Shown here: positions 29,727 through 39,024 of the stretch, piece after piece
How the letters are laid out: every line of letters begins with the position of its first letter
How positions within the stretch are numbered: the first letter of the stretch is position 1
Source of the DNA: Candidatus Pacearchaeota archaeon
GTDB taxonomy: Archaea > Nanobdellota > Nanobdellia > Pacearchaeales > GW2011-AR1
Assembly: GCA_050124795.1 (NCBI GenBank)
Contig: JASFEO010000009.1
Location: 1-46,218 of the forward strand
Direction: 5' to 3'
DNA: 46,218 bases
Made by a program: the position numbers and the translations under genes
The notes under the pieces: model-generated
Database searches by the model: none
The model's input: the letters and a program-made list of their open reading frames with translations, nothing else
What the model was told of the DNA's origin: nothing

Positions 29727-30685
29727 AAGTACACCAGAACATTGAAATAGATGGTATGGATATAGGGGATAGGAAAGACCGCAGGTATTCAAAGTTCTGC
29801 AATGAGGGTAAGTGGGACAATTTCATAAAACCACTTATACCTAAATGTGTATCTGAACAGATATTTATTGAGTTTGGCTGTAATGCAGGACTGTATTTAA
29901 GACTTGCAAAAGAAAAAGGATACAAGCGTGTCATAGGAATTGATAAAAGCAGGAACGCGGCAAGCATAGCGGAAATTTACAGGGATGAAAACGAGCAGGA
30001 TTATGAAGTAATAAACGAGCAATTAGGCGAGCATTTTGATTTTGATAAGCTTCCAGTAGCTGACTTGATTTTGATGGCAAACTTTCATTATCACCTGACC
30101 GCACAGGATTTTATTTCAATAATGGACGCCATACAATATAAGACTTGCTACTGTCTTGTAGTCTCAGCAAAGGTAAGAAAACAGATTCACTGGAAAGCAA
30201 AGACAAGTTTAAATGACTTAAAATATTATTTTAGGAACTGGCAGCCGGTAAATGAAGTTTACTATGTATCACCGGAGAAAGACCCGCACCCCAGGGAAAT
30301 GTGGAGCATACTGTTTAAATCCGGTCTGGAAAGAAAGCCCATTAAAGATTTATGGAATCCTAAAAATAAGGACAAGTACAATAGAATACCTCAATCATCA
30401 ACTGCTGAACTTTTCAGGAAAGTACTGGAATCAGACAATGTAGATACAAGGGATAATACTTATTATAAAAAAGTCCTAAGGGCAAGAGCAGAGGACGGCT
30501 GGTCAAGAGGCAGGATTGACAGGTTCGTAAGGGATAAGATTGAACTTATGTATGATGTCAAAAAGAACGGGTTTAAAAAGCCAGTGCTGATAAGACTTGA
30601 TAATAGAATTATAGAAGGCAATCATAGATTAGTTATGGCCAGGGAATTAGGATATAAAAGCATAATAACAAGGACGGTCTATTGA
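29723..30685 (+). CDS. SAM methyltransferase fused to a C-terminal ParB/Srx-like domain
   Basis: IEFGCNAG...VIGID; C-terminal KKNGFKKPVLI....IIEGNHRL..ARELG. Confidence 0.75.
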   Translation: MKVHQNIEIDGMDIGDRKDRRYSKFCNEGKWDNFIKPLIPKCVSEQIFIEFGCNAGLYLRLAKEKGYKRVIGIDKSRNAASIAEIYRDENEQDYEVINEQLGEHFDFDKLPVADLILMANFHYHLTAQDFISIMDAIQYKTCYCLVVSAKVRKQIHWKAKTSLNDLKYYFRNWQPVNEVYYVSPEKDPHPREMWSILFKSGLERKPIKDLWNPKNKDKYNRIPQSSTAELFRKVLESDNVDTRDNTYYKKVLRARAEDGWSRGRIDRFVRDKIELMYDVKKNGFKKPVLIRLDNRIIEGNHRLVMARELGYKSIITRTVY

Positions 30686-31329
30686 TAACGATACTATATT
30701 TTACTGGCAATTATGAAGACGAGTATTTCGCCAGGATAATAAGGCAGAACATACTCAGGTTAAAAAGGGATTTGCCGATAGTATCAGTATCACAGAAACC
30801 GCTTGACTTTGGAAAAAATATTTGTGTCGGTGTCCATGACCCATGTTATTTGAATGTAGACAGGCAAGTACAGATAGGGCTTGAAGCTATTAAAACAGAA
30901 TATATTCTTACCGCAAATGATGACTTTTTGTATCCGCCCGAGTATTTCTCATTTAAACCCAGGAAATCGGGGAAGTGTTATAGATACGATAATGTATGGG
31001 TACATTATAGAGGAAAGCCATTTTACTTTAAGGGTTATTCCGATGGCGCACAGCTTATTGACAGAGAATTGTGGCTTGACAATAAAAACAAAATACTTAG
31101 GGGTCGCAAGGTGTGGTCTGAAATAGATGAGGTTCTGCCTAAAGATTTACATATTAGATACCATATAAAAACCGATAAGAAATATACCTGGCATGGCAGG
31201 CCAGCAATAGATTTTAAGACTGGACACAGTATAAATCCTATGACAGAAATAATAAAGGATGTTAAATCTAATTACCTGCCTTACTGGGGAAGTACGGAGG
31301 ATCTAGAAAAAGAGATGTTTAGATGTTGA
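30682..31329 (+). CDS. Putative GT-A-fold glycosyltransferase (paralog group B)
   Basis: TILYFT...VSVSQKP.DFG.NICVG...QIGL....YILTANDDFLYPPEYF (DxD-like position). Confidence 0.6.
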   Translation: MITILYFTGNYEDEYFARIIRQNILRLKRDLPIVSVSQKPLDFGKNICVGVHDPCYLNVDRQVQIGLEAIKTEYILTANDDFLYPPEYFSFKPRKSGKCYRYDNVWVHYRGKPFYFKGYSDGAQLIDRELWLDNKNKILRGRKVWSEIDEVLPKDLHIRYHIKTDKKYTWHGRPAIDFKTGHSINPMTEIIKDVKSNYLPYWGSTEDLEKEMFRC

Positions 31330-31994
31330 GCGTAGCCGTTCTTTACTATACTGCAAACAGGGAAGATGAATACTTTGAAAATAAGGTAAAACAGAATATA
31401 TTAAAAAATAAGGGAAGCCTGCCGCTGGTATCAGTATCGCAAAAGCCCATAGACTTCGGTAGGAATATATGTGTAGGTATGCATGATAACTGCTATCTTA
31501 ATGAATTTCGGCAAATACAGATAGGCCTTCGTGAAATAGATACAGATTATATATTGACTGCTGAATCTGATTTTCTATATCCACCGGATTATTTTAGTTT
31601 TAGGCCAACCACTTCTGGTAAATGTTATAGGTACTGGCCAGTGTGGATTTGCTACTATAAAAATAAAAAAGACAAGACACCCAAATATCATTTTAAGGGT
31701 TATTCCAACGGTGCTCAGATGATAGACAGAAAACTATGGTTAAGAGAATTAGATAGATTTTTTAAGGACCATAAGATTTGGGCAAGCAGTGATGATGAAC
31801 TTGAAATACCTGCAAGTTTAACGATAAAGACTGACCCTGATTTTGTATGGAGTTCAGATATTCCAGCAGTAAGTTTTAAAACGGGATATGGAGTAAATCC
31901 TGCAACCGAGGTAAGTAAAAAATTAATTCCAAGATGGAGACTGCAACACTGGGGACTGGCAAAAGATTTAAGAAAGGAAATGTTTGGTGGCTAA
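31323..31994 (+). CDS. Putative GT-A-fold glycosyltransferase (paralog group B)
   Basis: Collinear paralog of 30682-31329; YILTAESDFLYPPDYF. Confidence 0.6.
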   Translation: MLSVAVLYYTANREDEYFENKVKQNILKNKGSLPLVSVSQKPIDFGRNICVGMHDNCYLNEFRQIQIGLREIDTDYILTAESDFLYPPDYFSFRPTTSGKCYRYWPVWICYYKNKKDKTPKYHFKGYSNGAQMIDRKLWLRELDRFFKDHKIWASSDDELEIPASLTIKTDPDFVWSSDIPAVSFKTGYGVNPATEVSKKLIPRWRLQHWGLAKDLRKEMFGG

Positions 31995-32493
31995 AAAGAA
32001 TAAAAAACCGATGCATGTGATGATGACCCACCTGCTTTTGATTGCAAGGATATTTGATAAAAGCAGCGGGCCGATACTTGAAATGGGAACAGGTTATTTT
32101 TCTACATTATTTTTTGATTGGCTGTGCTGTACGTTCGACAGGAAGGTAATCTCTTATGATAACAATAAAAGATGGGGACAAAGAGCGTTAAGGTACAAAT
32201 CAGATTATCACGAAGTCCATATTGTAAATGACTGGGATAAGGCCGACATTGATAATACACACTGGGGTCTTGTCTTTATAGACCATGCGCCGCAAAGAAG
32301 AAGACATATAGATGTAATAAGATTAAAGGATAAAGCAGATTATATTATAATGCATGACACCGAGCCAGAAGCAGATAAATGGTACAGATACAGCAGGGTA
32401 TGGAAATACTTCAAGTATAGGTATGACTACGATAAGACTAAACCCTGGACAAGCGTAGTAAGTAATTTTAAAGATTTAAAAGATATTAGATAA
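31984..32493 (+). CDS. Class I SAM methyltransferase-like protein
   Basis: ILEMGTGYFST, ISYD, LVFIDH, IIMHDTE. Confidence 0.7.
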   Translation: MVAKKNKKPMHVMMTHLLLIARIFDKSSGPILEMGTGYFSTLFFDWLCCTFDRKVISYDNNKRWGQRALRYKSDYHEVHIVNDWDKADIDNTHWGLVFIDHAPQRRRHIDVIRLKDKADYIIMHDTEPEADKWYRYSRVWKYFKYRYDYDKTKPWTSVVSNFKDLKDIR

Positions 32494-32710
32494 CGACCCA
32501 GTCAGTACCGAGCATGTCGCCATCATTGACTTTCCAGACATACAGTTTTCCATCTGGTTTATGAATCATGAGCCATTGACCATTTAGAAAACCATAATAA
32601 TTATTATTTTTCCATTCAAGTTTTGTGACTTTTTTACCGTTTATTACCTGTCGCATAGCTTCTGGAAAGTCCATTTTCTTTGTAGATAATATATCCGTTA
32701 TATTGTTCAT
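32486..32710 (-). CDS. DUF2829 / Tad2-like protein (start 32710 or 32674)
   Basis: MDFPEAM..VINGKKVTK.EW...W.....DMLGTDW matches the family pattern; fills an otherwise empty gap. Confidence 0.7.
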   Translation of the reverse strand: MNNITDILSTKKMDFPEAMRQVINGKKVTKLEWKNNNYYGFLNGQWLMIHKPDGKLYVWKVNDGDMLGTDWVVI

Positions 32711-32739
32711 ATTAATAATATTATATTTTTTCAAATTTT

Positions 32740-34344
32740 ATGTCAACTTATGATTTAAGTATAATAATTCCAGCCCGCAATGAGATGTTCTTAGGGCTCA
32801 CGGTTGAAAACCTGCTCAAAAACATTAGAGGGAATACTGAGATAATAGTGATACTGGATGGATACGATACTAAAATCCCTGAAATCCCCAAAGCTCCTAA
32901 TATTACTTTAATTGGACATACGACGTCGGTTGGCCAGAGAGCTACCTGTAATGAAGCAGCGAGATTATCACAGGCAAAATATCTTATGAAAGTAGATGCT
33001 CATTGCAGTTTTGATGAGGGTATAGATGTAAAGATGATAAAGGAAATGCACGATGACTGGACCATGATACCCATAATGTATAATCTGCATGCTTTTGACT
33101 GGGTATGTCAAAAATGTGGACACCGTCTATATCAGGGCCCCACTCCCCCCAAGTGTGAAAAATGTGGCGGTGAAATGAAACGTGAAATATTGTGGAAGGA
33201 AAAAAGGAATCCTGAATCTACTGCATACAGATTTGACAATACCCTGCATTTCCAATACTGGGGGGCTTATAAAAAGAGAGCCGAATATAAAAAACAGCTA
33301 AAAGAGACAGGCGTAACTGAGACTATGTCCATACAGGGCAGTTGTTTTATGTGTACCCGAGACAAATGGTTTGAGCTTGATATATGTGATGAAAAGCATG
33401 GAAGCTGGGGACAGCAAGGGACGGAAGTATCGTGTAAAACATGGCTGTCGGGCGGCAAAGTAAAAGTAAATCATAAGACCTGGTATGCTCACATGTTCAG
33501 GACTCAGGGTGGGGATTTTGGTTTTCCCTATCCTAATCCTGGGATAATGAGCGCACGCAGATATTCAAGAGACCTATTTATAAACGGTAAATGGGATAAG
33601 GCTAAATATCCCCTGTCATGGCTTATTGACAGATTCAAGCCAGTTCCTGATTGGGATGTGACAAAAGGAATAGTCTATTACACAGACAATGAGCTTGACG
33701 AAGGCATAATGAAGATGTGCCAGAAACAGTTAAAGGAAAGTGTAAACGGTTCAAAAATAATATGTGTTTCATTAAAAAAGACACCGTTTGGAGACCATAT
33801 AATAATGAATCTTGAGCGTGGATATTTGACTATGTTTAAGCAGATACTAAAAGGTTTAAAGACACTTGATACGGATATAGTTTTTTTATGTGAGCATGAT
33901 GTACTGTACCATAAGAGCCATTTTGATTTTGTACCGCCTAAAAAAGATACATTCTATTATAACGAAAATGTATGGTTTCTCAGGTGGAGTGACGGTCATG
34001 CTCTGCATTATGACGCAAAACAATTATCTGGTTTATGTGCTTACAGGGATATTTTAATAAAACACTTTGAGGAAAGAGTGGCACTTGTAGAAAAAGAGGG
34101 ATTTTCAAGAAGGATGGGATTTGAACCTATGACGCATGGAAGAATCAAATGGCAAAATATGTATAAGTGCGAAGGCTTTAAATCTGAATTTCCAAATATT
34201 GATATAAAGCATGGTGGTAATTTGATAAGGGCAAGATGGAAAAAAAAAGAATTTAGAAATCAGAAATTTACTAAAGGTTGGACGGAATCTGATGTCATAC
34301 CCGGCTGGGGAAAAGCAAAGGAATTAATAAGAGGTAATATATAA
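32740..34344 (+). CDS. Two-domain glycosyltransferase: ppGalNAc-T-like GT-A with Zn-ribbon insert, plus group B GT domain
   Basis: [22 protein letters not shown] insert, [23 protein letters not shown]; C half GIVYYT...FKQILKGL...FLCEHDVLY. Confidence 0.88.
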   Translation: MSTYDLSIIIPARNEMFLGLTVENLLKNIRGNTEIIVILDGYDTKIPEIPKAPNITLIGHTTSVGQRATCNEAARLSQAKYLMKVDAHCSFDEGIDVKMIKEMHDDWTMIPIMYNLHAFDWVCQKCGHRLYQGPTPPKCEKCGGEMKREILWKEKRNPESTAYRFDNTLHFQYWGAYKKRAEYKKQLKETGVTETMSIQGSCFMCTRDKWFELDICDEKHGSWGQQGTEVSCKTWLSGGKVKVNHKTWYAHMFRTQGGDFGFPYPNPGIMSARRYSRDLFINGKWDKAKYPLSWLIDRFKPVPDWDVTKGIVYYTDNELDEGIMKMCQKQLKESVNGSKIICVSLKKTPFGDHIIMNLERGYLTMFKQILKGLKTLDTDIVFLCEHDVLYHKSHFDFVPPKKDTFYYNENVWFLRWSDGHALHYDAKQLSGLCAYRDILIKHFEERVALVEKEGFSRRMGFEPMTHGRIKWQNMYKCEGFKSEFPNIDIKHGGNLIRARWKKKEFRNQKFTKGWTESDVIPGWGKAKELIRGNI

Positions 34345-34345
34345 T

Positions 34346-37300
34346 ATGGCTGGAACTATAGGATATGGCGATATAGACCAAGCTTCATCTGGAACTGGTT
34401 ATACCCGTCTGGAAATATATACAGGTACGGGAGCGACCGTTGCTGGATTATTCCATAATGCAAATATCAGGACAGTCACTGACGGTACAGTAAAAATAAA
34501 AGTTTTCCGCGATGATGGTACTAATTATAATTTTATAGGTGAAGCAGAGGTTGAGGTTTCTGCTGGTCTTAATAGTAATATTGATATTTCTGGAGATAAT
34601 ATACAGGTACAGTCGGGTGATTATGTTGCTTATTACAGTGCTGATACAGGAATAAGGGCAGGCAGTAGTTCTGTTGGTGGTTCTTCAGTGATGAAGAGCG
34701 GTGATATAACTTCTAATAGCCTTAAATCTTCCTGGTCTACTTATGACCGCCATATAGCAGTATGGGGAGATATAGAAGAATCAAGTGAAAGTGCTTCGGA
34801 ATCTCCATCACTCAGCCCTTCCTCATCCGAAAGTGCCAGTCTATCACCATCCAGCTCAGAATCAGCATCATTATCACCCTCAGCCAGTGTTAGTCCATCA
34901 GCATCACCTTCTTCATCCGAGAGCCCTTCATTGTCGCCATCAGCAAGTCTGTCACCGAGTGCCAGTGAGTCAGCATCCATATCTCCTTCTTCATCAGAAA
35001 GCGCCAGCCTGTCACCCAGCTCATCAGAAAGTGCATCTATATCTCCATCCTCTTCGGAGTCAGCTTCACTTTCGCCATCAAGTTCAGAAAGTCCGTCTCT
35101 ATCTCCATCAAGTTCAGAGAGTCCATCTCTATCTCCGTCAAGTTCGGAGAGCGCAAGTATTAGTCCTTCTTCATCAGAAAGCGCCAGTGCATCACCTTCC
35201 GCATCACTTTCACCTTCGGCTTCAATCTCGCCATCTGCCAGTCTGTCTCCAAGTGCAAGTAAATCTCCATCAATAAGTGCGTCACCTTCTGCATCTTTGT
35301 CACCATCGGCATCCGAGAGTGCAAGTCTGTCGCCATCAGCCAGTTTAAGTCCGTCATCTTCTGCGAGCGCCAGCTTATCACCTTCAGTAAGTTTGTCACC
35401 AAGTGCTTCCGAAAGTGCAAGTCTGTCACCTTCATCTTCAATATCGCCGTCGTCATCCGAGAGCGCAAGTGCATCGCCATCATCTTCAGTTAGTGCATCA
35501 TTAAGCCCTTCGGCATCTTTAAGCCCATCAGCATCTTTGAGTCCCTCTGCATCTCTGTCGCCTTCAAGCTCGGAATCACCATCTGAGACTCCCTCGGCTT
35601 CACTTAGCCCATCAGCATCGCTTTCACCAAGCTCATCTGAAAGTCCGAGTTATTCGCCCTCAGCCTCACTTTCACCTTCAGCATCAATTAGCCCCTCGGC
35701 ATCTCTTTCTCCCTCAGCATCTGAGAGTGCAAGCGAATCTCCAAGTTTGAGTCCTTCTGCAAGTGCGAGCCCTTCCTCTTCGGAATCAGCTTCAATTTCG
35801 CCTTCAGCCTCACTCAGTCCATCGGCCAGTACATCACCATCGGCATTTCCAGAAATAATAGATATAACAAAAGCAATAAAATTAACAACTACAAAAGAAG
35901 TCAATGGACCGTGGACTGCAAAATTGCAAATACCCTCAAATGATTATATCGAACCTGAAGGCTATGTTGAATTAGAAGGTGAAAATTATCTTGTAAAAAG
36001 GCTTAAAAAAATAAAGCTCAAAGGTAGGACTTATTTTGATATAGAATTAGACCATCTGATGACTGAGCTAAATGACTACACGGTAGAAGCATTTGAATAT
36101 AATAGTGTATCGGCTGAGACTGCCCTTACAAACTTACTTGCAGATACTACCTGGAGCGTGGGAGATGTTGATAATCTTGGAACCGAGAATATGGACAGTG
36201 ATAGAAGAATAACGGTACTGCGTGGTATAACTCTACTACTTGAGACATTCGGCGGGGAAGTATATTTCAATCAGGACAGGACAGTAGATATTAAATCTAC
36301 TATTGGAGATGATACTAAGAAAGTACAAATAAGATATGATAAGAATAGTGATTATATTGAAAAAGAAGAAGACCAATCAAAAATTGTTACCCGTCTTTAT
36401 CCCTATGGCAATGACAACATAACTATAAATACTCAAATAATGGAAGAGTGTGATGTGCTTGCAGATTGGACTACATCAGATGAGACCAATCTTGTAAAGA
36501 GTGCTGACACGGTTGATAGAAAGCATGGCCAGGCTTCACTTAAACTGATCGCTGCTGCCACCGATAGTCTAAATGATACCCTCACAAGGGATTTAGGGGC
36601 TGGCAGCGAGCTTGATTTGACTGACCATACAAAATTAAAATATTGGATAAAATCATCCCGTACTGGTACAAACCTAAAGTTTGGAATGGGCGAGAGTGCC
36701 TGGGATGATAATACTTATAATGTGACGATTGATACTGCTAACGAATGGCAGGAGGAAGAATGGGATATATCGGGAATTGCAAATGCAAATAAAAACGCAA
36801 TACGTTATATCGGTCTAAAGATAGCAAATGCAGATGCTTTAAATACAATAAGGTTTGATTATATTAGGGCATTTGACGGTGAAATATATTTAGAGAGTGC
36901 CAATATTGATGATTATAAAAATCCAAAAGAAGTGGCACTCTTTACTACTTTTGATGATGTCGATGAGCTTAAAGCATACGCACAGGAATACCTTGACCAG
37001 TACGACAGTCCGATAGAGCGTTATTTAGTAAATATGGCAGACCTATCGAAAGCGATGAAAGATACATGGTCAGATGATTCAATTGCTTTAGGTGATACTG
37101 TGAGAGTCTATGATTCCGATTTAGGACTTAATGTAGATTGCAGGGTAAAAAAGATAACCAAAGACTTACTGAACCATACATTGATGAGTATTGAACTTAC
37201 GAATAGCCTGGAAAATATATCAAAGAAATTAGTAGATGATTATAGAAGACTGTCAAGTGCGATGCCTTATGATAATGATAAGACTGCTATAAATGCAGGG

Positions 37301-38110
37301 GCAGTAAAGTTCGGATACTTACAGGCGTCGGTTATTCGTGCTAATTCTATTTATGCAGAACATTATGCACAGCTAAGAAATGTACTTCCCTATAACTTTG
37401 ATGATAGTTTAGACAGTTCTTATCCTTTAGAGTGTGAGTTTTATATGCCTCCCAATGTAGATGAGATTAAAAGTGCCTGGGTTCATATAGTTGGCAGGAA
37501 TTTTAGGGCTTATTCTAAAGGTGCGGCAAGTGGAGGAGGACAGACTTCAAGTAGTGGTGGAGGCCAGACTACAAGCTCGGGTTCTTCTCATAGTCATACT
37601 GTTACTGGACAAACAGCAAGTTCTGGAGGAAATCATAGACATTATGTGGGTACATTTTCTACAGGAGTCGGCACGAATAGTCATTATCATTCAATATTAA
37701 ATGGTGTAACCGATGTTCAGGCTTACAGTGATCATACTCATAGTGTTGGAGAACATTATACAGGATATTCAGATAATCATATACATTCAGTAACGGGTAC
37801 AACATCAAGTTCGGAAAGTTCACATACACATACTGTCAGCAATCATACCCATACTGTATCAAATCACACACATTCATTGACCTTCGGTATTTATGAAAGT
37901 ACAGACCCTACTGGAGTAAATATTTATGTAGACAATGGTTCAGGATATGGAAGTTCTCTTATAAGCGATGATACACCTGTTTCAATAGATTATAATATAG
38001 TGGGTGAACTTTCAACTACTGCTGGTTGGAAAAAATTAAAGATAACTTCGAGTAGATTGGGTAGAGTAGTTGTGGCGATAATTCTTGATTTAACAATTTC
38101 AAGTATTTAA
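34346..38110 (+). CDS. Tail tip/Tal-like protein with N domain, about 355-aa Ser/Pro tract, CBM-like insertion and HxH-rich C-terminus
   Basis: E.FGGE..F...IRY.KN...IVTRLYPYG...LGDTVRV.D..LG Tal-like motifs; SX tract 34781-35845; HSH/HTH repeats near the C-terminus. Confidence 0.85.
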   Translation: MAGTIGYGDIDQASSGTGYTRLEIYTGTGATVAGLFHNANIRTVTDGTVKIKVFRDDGTNYNFIGEAEVEVSAGLNSNIDISGDNIQVQSGDYVAYYSADTGIRAGSSSVGGSSVMKSGDITSNSLKSSWSTYDRHIAVWGDIEESSESASESPSLSPSSSESASLSPSSSESASLSPSASVSPSASPSSSESPSLSPSASLSPSASESASISPSSSESASLSPSSSESASISPSSSESASLSPSSSESPSLSPSSSESPSLSPSSSESASISPSSSESASASPSASLSPSASISPSASLSPSASKSPSISASPSASLSPSASESASLSPSASLSPSSSASASLSPSVSLSPSASESASLSPSSSISPSSSESASASPSSSVSASLSPSASLSPSASLSPSASLSPSSSESPSETPSASLSPSASLSPSSSESPSYSPSASLSPSASISPSASLSPSASESASESPSLSPSASASPSSSESASISPSASLSPSASTSPSAFPEIIDITKAIKLTTTKEVNGPWTAKLQIPSNDYIEPEGYVELEGENYLVKRLKKIKLKGRTYFDIELDHLMTELNDYTVEAFEYNSVSAETALTNLLADTTWSVGDVDNLGTENMDSDRRITVLRGITLLLETFGGEVYFNQDRTVDIKSTIGDDTKKVQIRYDKNSDYIEKEEDQSKIVTRLYPYGNDNITINTQIMEECDVLADWTTSDETNLVKSADTVDRKHGQASLKLIAAATDSLNDTLTRDLGAGSELDLTDHTKLKYWIKSSRTGTNLKFGMGESAWDDNTYNVTIDTANEWQEEEWDISGIANANKNAIRYIGLKIANADALNTIRFDYIRAFDGEIYLESANIDDYKNPKEVALFTTFDDVDELKAYAQEYLDQYDSPIERYLVNMADLSKAMKDTWSDDSIALGDTVRVYDSDLGLNVDCRVKKITKDLLNHTLMSIELTNSLENISKKLVDDYRRLSSAMPYDNDKTAINAGAVKFGYLQASVIRANSIYAEHYAQLRNVLPYNFDDSLDSSYPLECEFYMPPNVDEIKSAWVHIVGRNFRAYSKGAASGGGQTSSSGGGQTTSSGSSHSHTVTGQTASSGGNHRHYVGTFSTGVGTNSHYHSILNGVTDVQAYSDHTHSVGEHYTGYSDNHIHSVTGTTSSSESSHTHTVSNHTHTVSNHTHSLTFGIYESTDPTGVNIYVDNGSGYGSSLISDDTPVSIDYNIVGELSTTAGWKKLKITSSRLGRVVVAIILDLTISSI

Positions 38111-38118
38111 TTTAACAC

Positions 38119-38147
38119 TTGACATATATACAGATATGCTATACACT
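38119..38147 (+). promoter_or_regulatory. Sigma70-like promoter
   Basis: TTGACA-N17-TACACT. Confidence 0.65.
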
Positions 38148-38153
38148 TATGAT

Positions 38154-38288
38154 ATGAAATTATTAAAATTAAAATGTAAAAGATGTGAGCATATCTGGAT
38201 TCCGAGAAAAGAGAAAAAACCTCTTACTTGTCCTAAGTGTAGAAGTCCATACTGGGATAATGAAAGGATTAAAAATGAGAATAAATAA
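38154..38288 (+). CDS. 44-aa Zn-ribbon protein, probably leaderless; not in ORF track
   Basis: MKLLKLKCKRCEHIWIPRKEKKPLTCPKCRSPYWD; ATG 6 nt after the -10 box. Confidence 0.7.
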   Translation: MKLLKLKCKRCEHIWIPRKEKKPLTCPKCRSPYWDNERIKNENK

Positions 38289-38577
38289 ATCAATAATATT
38301 TATATTAATAATAATTATTATTTTATTTACTATTGTAGGAATTTTATTCAATATTATACATAAGCAGAATATAGAAATAAAAGAATTAAAATCTGATAAT
38401 ATTGAAATAAAAGAAAAATTAGAAAAATTTGAATCAAATATTAATGATATAGATTACAATCTTGATAATTCTAAATTCTCAATATGGAAAGAAATTAGAG
38501 AATTAATATATACAGCAAATTCATTGGGATACGATTTAGATTATTTGATAAAGGAACATATTGAATCGAGAAATTAA
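38275..38577 (+). CDS. Membrane-anchored coiled-coil protein
   Basis: GAAAGGA RBS before ATG 38275; N-terminal TM helix. Confidence 0.6.
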   Translation: MRINKSIIFILIIIIILFTIVGILFNIIHKQNIEIKELKSDNIEIKEKLEKFESNINDIDYNLDNSKFSIWKEIRELIYTANSLGYDLDYLIKEHIESRN

Positions 38578-38749
38578 AAAAGATTTTCAAGACATAAAAA
38601 TACAAATCACGGTAAAACCCGACAAGATAGAATGGGAAGCAAATTGTGATAATATTGCATTAGTCTTTTATCTTAATAGAGTTATGCACTTTATAAATCT
38701 TGAAATGGACAAAGTGAAATAAGTTAAACAAATAAAACTAAATTATTAT

Positions 38750-38777
38750 AAGCACTTCTTAATTGGAGTGCTTTTTT
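38750..38777 (+). terminator. Intrinsic terminator
   Basis: AAGCACTTC-TTAATT-GGAGTGCTT followed by a T run. Confidence 0.7.
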
Positions 38778-38790
38778 ATTGGGGGGATAT

Positions 38791-39024
38791 ATGGCAAAGA
38801 AACCAGAGATAGAAGAATTTGACAAACTTAGCATTACGGATTTAATGCATAAGCCATCCAAGGAACTCATAGTAGCAATATTTGTCAAAAATAAAGAACA
38901 GAATAATAAACTTAAAAGCCACGAAGATAAACTCCGCTGGCATGACAAAATCCTTTTGGGGATATTTTCCGTAATAGGTCTGGGTATTATATCTGCAATA
39001 ATAATGGGAGTTATAAATTTATGA
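38791..39024 (+). CDS. Small membrane protein upstream of the endolysin (holin/XhlA-like)
   Basis: Short coiled coil plus C-terminal TM segment; GGGGGA RBS. Confidence 0.5.
   Translation: MAKKPEIEEFDKLSITDLMHKPSKELIVAIFVKNKEQNNKLKSHEDKLRWHDKILLGIFSVIGLGIISAIIMGVINL

Noticed and set aside
28193-34344. Cassette as a DNA hypermodification or host serotype-conversion locus
   Set aside because: No base-hydroxymethylase, nucleotide-pathway or polymerase genes nearby, no GtrA-like or polytopic membrane proteins, and it is coupled to late structural genes. Disfavoured but not excluded.
34741-35904. Alternative-frame and antisense ORFs over the Ser/Pro tracts (also 20341-20667 and 27697-28170)
   Set aside because: Shadows of low-complexity coding sequence; no RBS or independent motifs.
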